DNA of 62,348 nt, counting the filler, from Chiloscyllium plagiosum (lineage: Eukaryota): the NCBI RefSeq assembly GCF_004010195.1. It is 4 parts of one record of this genome, joined end to end, with 100 filler letters (N's around TTAATTAATTAA, not from the genome) between each part and the next. Parts side by side here need not be neighbours in the genome. Positions count along the whole stretch, not along the records: positions 35,402 to 54,229 come from NC_057715.1; 3 more parts are not named here. The stretch is one strand, 5' to 3'. This document shows positions 38,639 through 49,784 of this stretch, in pieces. Position numbers and translations under genes: made by a program. The notes under the pieces are model-generated. The model saw only the letters and a list, made by a program, of their open reading frames with translations. It ran no database searches and was not told the origin of the DNA. The first letter of the stretch is position 1; every line of letters begins with the position of its first letter.

Positions 38639-40820
38639 TTGTAACTACTTTGATTTTGTTTGAAACGTTGCAGGACAGAGATATTTAAGTGGATAAGCTT
38701 TGTACAAAACAACCCATTGGGTAATGATTTCCCATATGCTCGCCAGTTTAACAAGTAGCCAAATCTTATGCATATCAGCAGGGGAGACCCGATTGATGCT
38801 GAGGTAGTCTGAAATGCTCGTGAGTAGAGATCATGAAATCAGGGAAGCATGTTTGCATACTGACTGAAATACAGTGAGCTTCTTTACTACAGCTTGGAAC
38901 GCTCAGTTAATTGGCCTGTTTAGTATCTCCCTAACTTAGCAGTTTCCCCAGTATGTTCAGCAAGCCTGGAGGCTCAGCTACTCTATGACAGCATAAACAA
39001 AGTGGTAGACAAGAGCTATTACTAATCTCTGTTCACACACTAGTAGTACAGCCACTTTCAAAACTGACAAATGTCTGCATTGCTTGTGGAGAAAAGTCAC
39101 AGAAAAGCACACATACGAATATTGTAGTCAGTTGAGATGTTTATATAGAGTCACAGAGATGTACAGCATGGAAACAGACCCTTCAGTCCAACTCGTCCAT
39201 GCCGACCAGATATCCCAACCCAATCTAGTCCCACCTATCAGCACCCGGCCCATATTCCTCCAAACCCTTCCTATTCATATACCCATCCAGATGCCTTTTA
39301 AATGTTGCAATTGTACTAGCCTCCTCCACTTCCTCTGGCAGTTCANNNNNNNNNNNNNNNNNNNNNNNNNNNNNNNNNNNNNNNNNNNNNNNNNNNNNNN
39401 NNNNNNNNNNNNNNNNNNNNNNNNNNNNNNNNNNNNNNNNNNNNNNNNNNNNNNNNNNNNNNNNNNNNNNNNNNNNNNNNNNNNNNNNNNNNNNNNNNNN
39501 NNNNNNNNNNNNNNNNNNNNNNNNNNNNNNNNNNNNNNNNNNNNNNNNNNNNNNNNNNNNNNNNNNNNNNNNNNNNNNNNNNNNNNNNNNNNNNNNNNNN
39601 NNNNNNNNNNNNNNNNNNNNNNNNNNNNNNNNNNNNNNNNNNNNNNNNNNNNNNNNNNNNNNNNNNNNNNNNNNNNNNNNNNNNNNNNNNNNNNNNNNNN
39701 NNNNNNNNNNNNNNNNNNNNNNNNNNNNNNNNNNNNNNNNNNNNNNNNNNNNNNNNNNNNNNNNNNNNNNNNNNNNNNNNNNNNNNNNNNNNNNNNNNNN
39801 NNNNNNNNNNNNNNNNNNNNNNNNNNNNNNNNNNNNNNNNNNNNNNNNNNNNNNNNNNNNNNNNNNNNNNNNNNNNNNNNNNNNNNNNNNNNNNNNNNNN
39901 NNNNNNNNNNNNNNNNNNNNNNNNNNNNNNNNNNNNNNNNNNNNNNNNNNNNNNNNNNNNNNNNNNNNNNNNNNNNNNNNNNNNNNNNNNNNNNNNNNNN
40001 NNNNNNNNNNNNNNNNNNNNNNNNNNNNNNNNNNNNNNNNNNNNNNNNNNNNNNNNNNNNNNNNNNNNNNNNNNNNNNNNNNNNNNNNNNNNNNNNNNNN
40101 NNNNNNNNNNNNNTGAACTGCCAGAGGAAGTGGAGGAGGCTAGTACAATTGCAACATTTAAAAGGCATCTGGATGGGTATATGAATAGGAAGGGTTTGGA
40201 GGAATATGGGCCGGGTGCTGATAGGTGGGACTAGATTGGGTTGGGATATCTGGTCGGCATGGACGAGTTGGACTGAAGGGTCTGTTTCCATGCTGTACAT
40301 CTCTGTGACTCTATATAAACATCTCAACTGACTACAATATTCGTATGTGTGCTTTTCTGTGACTTTTCTCCACAAGCAATGCAGACATTTGTCAGTTTTG
40401 AAAGTGGCTGTACTACTAGTGTGTGAACAGAGATTAGTAATAGCTCTTGTCTACCACTTTGTTTATGCTGTCATAGAGTAGCTGAGCCTCCAGGCTTGCT
40501 GAACATACTGGGGAAACTGCTAAGTTAGGGAGATACTAAACAGGCCAATTAACTGAGCGTTCCAAGCTGTAGTAAAGAAGCTCACTGTATTTCAGTCAGT
40601 ATGCAAACATGCTTCCCTGATTTCATGATCTCTACTCACGAGCATTTCAGACTACCTCAGCATCAATCGGGTCTCCCCTGCTGATATGCATAAGATTTGG
40701 CTACTTGTTAAACTGGCGAGCATATGGGAAATCATTACCCAATGGGTTGTTTTGTACAAAGCTTATCCACTTAAATATCTCTGTCCTGCAACGTTTCAAA
40801 CAAAATCAATGTAGTTACAA
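38639..40820. repeat. 707-bp near-perfect inverted repeat flanking a 768-N gap
   Basis: 38639-39345 is the reverse complement of 40114-40820 (the ORF track gives identical products on both strands); one mismatch seen at 38649/40810. Confidence 0.95.
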
Positions 40821-40825
40821 GTGTA

Positions 40826-41120
40826 TAAGTCCTCCCCGATTTGCTTTCCCAAAATGCAGCACCTCAAATTTATCTAAATTAAACTCCATCAGCCCATTGG
40901 CCCATCTGATCAAGATCCTGTTGTAATCAGAGGTAACCTTCTTTGCTGTCCACTATACCTCCAACTTTGATGTCAGCTGCAAACTTACTAACTAGACCTC
41001 TTATGCTCATATCCAAATCATTTATATAAATGACGAAATGTTGTGGACTCAGCACCAATCCTTGCAACACTCCACTGGTCACAGGCCTCCAGTCTGAAAA
41101 ACAACCCTCCACCACCACCA
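40826..41120 (-). mobile_element. CR1 RT fragment
   Basis: VTSGVLQGLVLSPQHFVIYINDLD..SKFAADIK. Confidence 0.88.
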
Positions 41121-41719
41121 TATCTTGGAACAAATGGTTAACAGAAGCAAAACAGAGTCCCAACTTAGCAGCTTTCATTATATTAATCAGCCCTGTTTTG
41201 ATACACGATAGAGATAGGTGGGATATGAACCTGGATCTTCTGATACAGAGGTAGGGCCAAATGTGAGAAATGCATTTTAGGAAATTTGCACTTAAACGTT
41301 TGAAGTCTGTGCAGCATTACTGTATCTCAGTAATAGTGCAGGCCTATTCATGGATCATGTAATAGTTTATCACAATGTTTTCACAAATGTTTTGTTTTAT
41401 TTATTCCCACAATGTGGCTTGGCCAGCATTTGGTACCCATCTCCAAATGTTCTTAAGGTGGTGGTGGTATGTCAGCTTTCTAAATCATTAACATCCATGT
41501 GGTGCCATTGTTAGGTAGGGAGTTCCAGGATTTGACCAGGCAAAAGTGAAGGGATCGCACACTGCATCCCAACTCAGGGTGATCTGGGACTTGCAGAGTG
41601 ACATATAAAAAAGGCTCAAAGGAGAAGACCTGCACAGAACATGGCCTATAAAATTGTTTCCAATTTGTATGGGGAATGGTGGTGTAATGGTAATGTCACT
41701 AGACTATTAATCCAGAGAT

Positions 41720-42140
41720 GGGCAAAAGTGAGGACTGCAGATTCTTGAAATCAGAGTCAAGATTAGAGCGGTGCTGGAAATGCACAGCAGGTCAGGCAGC
41801 AACGAGGAGCAGGAAAATCAAGGTTTCAGGCAGGAGCCCTTCATCAGGAACCGAAACATCGATTTTCCTGCTCCTCGGATGATGCCTCACATGCTGTACA
41901 TTTCCAGCACCACTCTAATCTTGACTAGTAATTCAGAGATTTTGGATTAGTGGTGCTGGAAGAGCACAGCAGTTCAGGCAGCATCCGAGGACCAGCAAAA
42001 TCGACATTTCGGGCAAAAGCTCTTCGCTTTTGCCCGAAACGTCGATTTTGCTGGTCCTCGGATTCTGCCTGAACTGCTGTGCTCTTCCAGCACCACTAAT
42101 CCAAAATCTGGTTTCCAGCATCTGCAGTCATTGTTTTTAC
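41720..42140. mobile_element. Two adjacent fold-back pLTR insertions (family A subfamilies) sharing one triplicated target
   Basis: Target copies gactattaatccagagat (41702-41719), gactagtaattcagagat (41923-41940), ctagtaattcagagat (42141-42156). Confidence 0.9.
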
Positions 42141-43236
42141 CTAGTAATTCAGAGATGTAGACCACCAGCGATGTGGGTTCAAAAGGTGGGATTTAAATTC
42201 AAGTAAATTAATCTGAAGTTGAAAGCTAGTCTCAGTAATATGTTAACTGGTGTAAAAACTTATTTTGCTCATTGCTGTCAGTTAGGGAAGGAAACCTGTT
42301 ATATTTACCTGATCTGGCCCACATGTGAAAAAATAAAAAAACCTGGAAATTTGATCTCCTTAAAGACTTTAAAGAAACAAAGATAAAACCCAAAGTTCAT
42401 TCAGAAAAATCAAGGTAATACTTTTCCACCTCCACTACCCCCCACATTTAGGCAACTGAAATTAAATAGAAGACCATCTGACCCTGAGTAAGTATAGTTA
42501 CACCTTGGATACAAAAAGTGATTTTAATCCGAGCTAGAAAACATTATCCTGACTCAATCTGTTTTGCTTTCAGAGTATAAACTTGTAACATAAGCGAACA
42601 ATTCAAAGAGGCCAGACAATGCAAGAATCAAGAGTTTAGGAAACTAAGTTAATGGAGGGTGGCAAATACCTCTGAAGACATAGTTGCCAAAAGTTTGGCA
42701 TTTTTGCTTTGTATAAGTATGTTAATATCACTGTAGGAAATGATGTCAAGCCCTCTTAATTCAAAGGCATTCCATTCAATTTTTCTGCTAATTTATTTTT
42801 GCTTAACAACTCAATCTCATTTTGTAGTGCTGCTCAGATTATTTGAATCAAATTGCTAGACATGCAAATATGCACTTTCTGCAAAGAGTTTTACCAACTT
42901 GCCAAAAGTAGTCTGCACCATAGATTCAGTTGGTGCTAAAACACAAAGCAGATTTGTGTTTTAAAAATCTACAGATAAAGCTAAGTATAAAAGTGAGCAC
43001 CTATGAGATGGAATTTATCTGCTCTTGTTCTCCATGATGTGTGCTCTTACTCGGAGCTCCAACACAGTGAAAATTTCAAAATAAATTTTAGATTGATTCA
43101 AATTCACTCCCAAGGAAAGAAAAAGGCTTTCCCAGGTGACGCCTGCAGCAAATCTCAAGTTAATTTTCATGCTTTACTGTTGAATGCATGAGACACACAT
43201 TTTGCAAATGCTGGTAGCAGCCTCATGCAACATTAA

Positions 43237-43424
43237 GGAAAAAGTGAGGACTGCAGATGCTGGAGATCAGAGCTTAAAAATGTGTTGCTGGAAAAGCGCA
43301 GCAGGTCAGGCAGCATCAAAGGAGATGGAGAATAGAGAAGAAGGGCTTATGCCCGAAATGTCGATTCTCCTTCTCCTTTGATGCTGCCTGACCTGCTGCG
43401 CTTTTCCAGCAGCACATTTTTAAG
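43237..43424. mobile_element. Fold-back pLTR insertion (family A) with perfect 15-bp TSD
   Basis: ctcatgcaacattaa at 43222-43236 and 43425-43439. Confidence 0.92.
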
Positions 43425-43644
43425 CTCATGCAACATTAAAACAACTACTAACTTTCATGGCCTCAGACTATTCCAAAAGTATTTTATAGTTGATAAATGC
43501 TTTTGGGGCATAGATACTATTCCAATGGCAGTCAATTTGTGCACAAATCTCCTATAAACAGCAAAGCACTAATGAACAGACAATCTGTTTTAGTGCAGGG
43601 TAATTTGTTTTAAGTCATTCGCAGGATGACAGTGGTGCTGGCTA

Positions 43645-43839
43645 GGTAAAAACAATGACTGCAGATGCTGAAAACCAAATTCTGGATTAGTGGTACTGGA
43701 AGAGCACAGCAGTTCAGGCAGCATCCAAGGAGCTTCGAAATCGACGTTTCAGGCAAAAGCCCTTCATCAGGAATAAAAGCTGATGAAGGGCTTTTGCCCG
43801 AAACGTCGATTTCGAAACTCCTTGGATGCTGCCTGAACT
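43645..43839. mobile_element. Fold-back pLTR insertion (family A) with hammerhead cores on both strands
   Basis: TSD gtggtgctggcta (43632-43644) and gtagtgctggcta (43840-43852); cores at 43743-43770 minus and 43780-43807 plus. Confidence 0.9.
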
Positions 43840-44195
43840 GTAGTGCTGGCTAAGCTAGCAGTTATTGCACATCCCTTACTGCCTACAGGGCAGTTAAGTC
43901 AACTACATTGCTGAGGGTCTGGAGTCACATGTATGCCCGACATGGTAAGGCTGGCAGCTTCCTTCCTTGAAGGACATTAGTGAACCATATGGGGTTTTCT
44001 GACAATCGACAACAGATTCACTGTCATTTTTAGATTCTTAATTCTAGAGATTTATTGAAATCAAATTCCATCTGGACTTTGAAGTACACCAAGGAGAACC
44101 TTCCAGGCTCTCTCTCAAGGTCTGTCAGAATCTGTCATGCTCACCTGCAGGCAGACTTCTGACTTCACTCAAAGAACAATAACACTGACATTGCT

Positions 44196-44414
44196 AAATA
44201 TCACAACACCAGGTTATAGTCTAACAGGTTTATTTGGAAACACTAGCTTTCGGAGCACTGCTGCTTTATCAGGTGGTTGTCTGTTCAGCCACCTGATGAA
44301 GGAGCAGCGCTCTGAAAGCTAGTGCTTCCAAATAAACCTGTTGGACTATAATCTGGTGTTGTGTGATTTTTAACTTTATCCACCCCTGTCCAACACCAGC
44401 ACCTCCACATCATG
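44196..44414. mobile_element. Fold-back pLTR insertion (family C) with 12-bp TSD
   Basis: actgacattgct (44184-44195) and actgacactgct (44415-44426); inverted arms about 44197-44278 and 44287-44369. Confidence 0.9.
44290..44324 (+). ncRNA. Minimal type I hammerhead ribozyme motif (family C pLTR)
   Basis: CAC-CUGAUGA-A-GGAGC-AGC-GCUCU-GAA-AGCU-A-GUG: stem I CAC/GUG, conserved core, stem II, palindromic stem III. Confidence 0.75.
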
Positions 44415-45939
44415 ACTGACACTGCTGTATTCCTTCAAAACTACACTGCCGTATCAGCTTACACACTGCGCTCGAGCCTCTAGAGTGGAACTCCGAGCGC
44501 TTAAATTTCTGACTCTGACACCAGAGTGTTACCACTGAGCCACAACCAGGTAACTGTTCAGGATGTAAATCTTCTCCAGAGCTATATCAGTCAAGCCGGC
44601 ACTGGCCAAAGCCAAAGGAGAGACAAGCAAGGTTAACAGACAAACAACTTTCACAAGTGAGCAGATTTATTAAACTGTAAGTTTGTAATATGCGGAAAGG
44701 AGAGGAAGTAATGTGCCTCTATTTAAATGCACATTGATTGGAAATTTACTGTAATAAAATCCACACGTAGTGGAAATCCAAAAATTAAGACAGGAAGTAC
44801 ACAATAATCATAAGCCACCTTTAGATGCAGGCGAGTCTAAGCTTTTCAACACTTCTGAAAATGAATGTTCCCAAACACAGTTCTTGTTTTGATAAAAGTG
44901 CCTTTCCTTGACCAACTTGAATTATATTTAAACAGTATTTTAAAAATTGAGGTGATCTTAGATTGCTAGTTAACAGCTTATTAAGCTGGAAAACACCAAC
45001 ATTTATGCAATGATGGACAAAAGACCTGAACTCCAAGTGAGTTGAGTGAATGACCTTGACATCAAGGCTGCAGTTGAGTGAATGTAGCAACACTTAGCCA
45101 TGACAAAACTGTATTTAATATTGATCAGGAGGAAATCTCTTCACCAGCTGGAGTCATAGCCAGTACAAAGGATGGCGGCTATGGTTGTGAGAAGCCAATC
45201 ATCTCTGTTCCAGAAACACCTCAGCCGCTCTGGGCACCTATGTACAACCAAATCAAAATTGAAAAACCTGCCCTGCATCATGAACGCCAGAAAAGGAGCT
45301 ATTCACTTATGATTATAGAGTATTCAGCACCAAATGCAATTCCTTATTTAATGAAGCAGTCTATACAAATGCATTAAGACAAGAGAGATTGTGAACATCA
45401 CCCAATGACATTCAGTTGGTATCATCTTCACCAAATCCTCCACCAACATCCTGAGACCCATCACTCAGAGGCTCAGTGGACCAGCTGTATTAATGCCACA
45501 ACTACAATGTCAGGTCAGAATCTGGGTATTTTGTGACAAGAGATGGGCCTCTGAATGTCTAAAGTCTCTCCTGAATCTAAAAATCAGGGGTGTGATGGAG
45601 CCAGGCACAGGAAGCTTGTTAGCACCAATCCACTTGATTGAGGACTAGATGCTAGTTGAATTACCAATCGAGTGGTATGCTATGCACTAGGTGCACCACA
45701 AAAATGCAGCAGCATTTACTGATCTCCTGAAATTAAGACCTCTACAACCACGAAGAGCAAGGAAAGAAGGTATATGGGAACACCTACAGATTTCATTCCA
45801 AATCTGACATAATCCTGATTTGGAGCTATAATTGCCATACATTCACTGTGGCTAGTTCAAATTCCTGCAACTTAATGGCTAACAGCACTGTGAGCATACA
45901 TCGCATGGACTGCAGCAAACAAAAAGTTGACTCATTCCT

Positions 45940-47958
45940 TATTTCTTCTGTCATTCAATAAGATGGCTGTTCTGATTTCAACTTCAACTCCACATTTCTG
46001 CATTTGCCTGATGATCTTTTATCCCCTTAATAATCAAGCATTCTTCTTCTTCCTTAAAAATATTTCAAGATTCTGCATCCACTGCACTTTAAGGTAGCGA
46101 ATTCCAAAGTCCCGCAACCCTCAAAATTTTCACCTGTCTAAACAGGCAACCTCTTATTTTTAAACTATGACTCCTAATTTTAGATTCTTCCACAAGAGAA
46201 AACATCTTTTCACATCCAAACAGTTAAGTCTCTTCAGGGTTGGCACTGTACATGAATTCACCTAACCTCTGCTGAACTCCAGAGGATCCAGGCCTAGCCG
46301 GTCTAGCCTTTCCTCATAAGGCAATCCACTCATTCCAGATTCAAGAATGCAGTTCAACACCAGCTTCAGAAGAGCATCTACAGCAGTCATTAAATGCTGG
46401 CCTTAAAACATTTGATGTGAAATTGTTTGAAGTCTTTATAAGGACAAAAGAAATTGAAGGAGGAATGAGCCATTTGGCCCCTTAAGCCTGCTCCACCATT
46501 TAATAAGATCACGGCTGGTCTGCCTCAGGCCTCAAGTCCCCTTTCCTGTCAGCTCAGCATAGCCATCAACTTCCTGATATTCCAAATTTGTCTACTATCA
46601 CTTTAAATACTTTCTTGATCTAGCTTCCATAACTATTTGGGGCATAGAATTTCAGACATTCACTACTGTCTGCAAGAAAAAAAACTCCTTCACATTTCTG
46701 TTTTAAATCAGTGTCCTCTTATTCTGCAACTATCTCCTCTAGTTTGAGATTTCCCCATGAGTGGATACAACTTTTCAACATCTACCCTGTCAAACTCCCT
46801 CAAAATCACGTGTCTTAATGAGATCACCCCCTTTATACTCTAGTGGTCAGCACTGCTGCTTCACAGCGCCAGAGACCCGGGTTCAATTCCCACCTCGGGC
46901 AACTGTCTGTGTGGAGTTTGCACATTCTCCCCGTGTCTGCATGGGTTTCCTCCGTGTGCTCCGGTTTCCTCCCACAGTCCAAATATTGCAGGTTAGGTGA
47001 ATTGGCCATGCTAAATTGCCCGTAATGTTAGGTGAAGGGGTAAATGCAGGGGAATGGGTCTGGGTGGGCTGCTCTTTGGAGGGTCAGTGTGGACTTGTTG
47101 GGCCGAAGGGCCTGTTTCCACACTGTAAGTAATCTAATCTGAATAAAGGCCTAACCTGTTTAGCCATTCTTGATATATCGTCCCCTTCTTTCCCAAAAAT
47201 CAGACTAATGAATTGCTTGAACAGCCTCCAATATTGGCACTTTTCTTTTTAAATACAGGGACCAAAATTGTACCCAATACTTAAAATGTGGCCTCACCAA
47301 CACCCTATACAGTTATAACAAGACTTCTGTGCTTGGAAGGCAATGACCTAGTGGTATTATCACTGGACTGTTAATCCAGAGACTCAAATAATATTCTGCG
47401 GACCCAAGTTTGAATCTTGCCATGACAGGTAGTGGTATCTGAATTCAGTAAAAATCTGGAATTAAGATAACTACAAAAGCAAGATCGATTGGCAAAAAAA
47501 TCCATCTGGTTCACTAATGGCCTTTAGGGAAGGAAACTGCCATCCTTACTGGTCAGGCCGACATGCAACTCCAGACCCACAGTAATGTGTGGTTGACTCT
47601 CAACTACGCTCTGGGCAATTAGAGATGGACATTATATGCTGACCTACATAATGACTCCCACATCCCATGAATGAACAAGTCCTATGAATGACTTGTTGCA
47701 CCTGCAAAGTCACTGATGTTTCATATACAAGAATGCAGATTTCTATATGCTGCACGTTTAACAACTTTTTCTATTAAAATACTTCTGCCTTTTAATTCTT
47801 CATACTAAAATACATGAACTCCATCTGCACGTTTTTATCCACTCAACCTAAAGCTCATGCAGAATCCTTATGTCCTCATCACAATATGCCCTCCCATCTA
47901 TTTCTGAAACATCAGCAAATGTGAATAGATTACACTTTGCTCTCTCCAAGTCATTAAT
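45940..47958 (-). mobile_element. Decayed CR1 fragments hosting an HE1 (46842-47140 plus) and a SINE (47335-47675)
   Basis: Reverse complement of LYRVLVRPHF at 47280-47312 and of CR1 3' UTRs. Confidence 0.75.
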
Positions 47959-47960
47959 TT

Positions 47961-48286
47961 GATTAGATTAGATACCTACAGTGAGGAAACAGGCCCTTTG
48001 GCCAAACAAGTTCACACTGACCCTCCAAAGAGTAACCCACTCAGTCCCATTCCCCTACATTTACCCCTGACTCGTGCACCTAACACCATGGGCAATTTCC
48101 CATGGCCAATTCACCTAACCTGCACATCTTTGGATTGTGGGAGGAAACCAGATCACCTGGAGAAGACCCATGCAGACATAGGGAGAATGTGCAAACTCCA
48201 CATAGACAGATGCCTGAGGCAGGAATCGAACTCGGGTCCCTGGTGCTGTAAGGCAGCAGTGCTAACCACTGAGCACCATGCCGCCC
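47961..48286 (-). mobile_element. HE1-type SINE, full length
   Basis: HE1 head, core and tail. Confidence 0.9.
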
Positions 48287-48314
48287 TTTGTTTTCTTTGG
48301 TTCTATCTTAACAA

Positions 48315-48780
48315 CAGGTAGTTCTCCTATAACACCGTCATTGCAATCTAGCGAAATTTTGCTTAATAGAAAATTCCATAATAAAAATAATGGGCCGATG
48401 GGAAAAGTGAAGTTAGGAGCAGACCAGCAAAGAAAAAAATCTCTCATGATCGCTCAAAAGTCACCCAAAAGTCTAACACAAAGTATAGCACAGCCTGAAT
48501 GAAGGTATAAATTATATTTGTCAAAGAAACAAAAGTAAATTTAACACAATACATATAAAATGTATTCTAAATGCAGGGACAGAGGGTTATCATGGCGTGT
48601 GAAGTAGACTCCCTCATTCCTGTTAAGTGAGCTATATCACATATTCTCTCCTCACACTCCAAACGCTTTATAACATCAAGCTTCTCTTCCAGTGTTCTAG
48701 CCTTTCTTTTGTGTTCACCACCTGCAACTTTATCACCGGGACACTTCTTGTCACTATTCCCCTCCATTTCTTTTCAAAAT
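48315..48780 (-). mobile_element. pogo/Tigger DNA transposon deletion derivative (CENP-B-type N-terminal HTH remnant)
   Basis: ORF 48567-48767 KRKARTLEEKLDVIKRLECEERICDIAHLTGMRESTSHAM resembles HTH_psq/CENP-B_N; Tigger-like TIR CAGGTAGTTCTCCTATAAC at 48315. Confidence 0.8.
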
Positions 48781-49563
48781 AAGGGATAATCTAGGAGTAG
48801 TGTGCCTATCACAGAAAGCTGTCTAACGTATCTTTCTCAGAAATTAATATATAGTTATCAATCACTAAATGATTTTAAAAAACCCAAGGCAGAAGATTTT
48901 TAAGTTAACATCCAAATAATTGTGTTATTAGATATGGATAATTGTGAATTATGTTCAACAGTACACAGGAACATAAAAAGTAAGAAAAATTAATGTTGAG
49001 CAAAATTCATCCCCTACCCAAACCATCTGAACATCCGATTCCATTCTGAACAATTGGATGTTTTAGCCTCCATAGCAGTACTTGATGCATTACCATCTTT
49101 GATCTTTCTGCATCATTCACACTCTGTCACATCATCCTTTCCCATGTAAGTCTGTAACTTATAAACTTCAACTCCTACTGAACCCAACAAAGTCTATCAT
49201 CTCAAACAGCTGCTGCTCAGTGACCACAATGACCTGAAGTCCCAAAAGCATCCGCCATTGACTCGATCAAAAACTTTCATCTGCATACATAGTTCAATTC
49301 GCAATCAGACATGTAGCATTAACAACCAGCTCTAACAATCAGCGATCTTCATTGATTCTATGTCCTCCAATACTAATGCACAAAGTCAACCTCTATCAAA
49401 AGATCACTTTATGGTCATCGACTCAAATCTCTCTCTCTGGCTGCTGTGTGAAGCTGAGTCAAACTGCAAGCAAATTCCAAATTCCCTTTGGCCCAAAAGT
49501 CTGCATGGTATTCACTGTTTCTGCCCATTGCCATTTCTACTTCAAAGCCTACATTTTTTTTTT

Positions 49564-49784
49564 AAGTTAAATATCAGAACACCAGGTTATAGTCCAACAG
49601 GTTTATTTGGAAGCACTAGCTTTCAGAGCACTGCTCCTTCATCAGGTGGTTGTGGAGAATAAGATTGTAAGGCACAGAATTTATAACAAAGGTTTACAGT
49701 GTGACATCACTGGACTATAAACTGGTGTTGCGTGAATTTTAACTTTGTACACCCCAGTCCAACACAGGCATCGCCAAATTATGA
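49564..49784. mobile_element. Fold-back pLTR, family C
   Basis: Minus arm with hammerhead (49614-49648), then plus arm tggactataa...ccaaattatg. Confidence 0.8.

Noticed and set aside
39084..40375. Two identical 366-aa ORFs and other long X-containing ORFs
   Set aside because: Artefacts of translating through N gaps and the inverted repeat.
41700..44430. CRISPR-like or classic DNA-transposon MITE reading of the clustered palindromes
   Set aside because: No regular repeat-spacer period. Arms are asymmetric with a one-sided tail, TSD length varies, and the sequence matches pLTRs attached to Penelope RT in this window.
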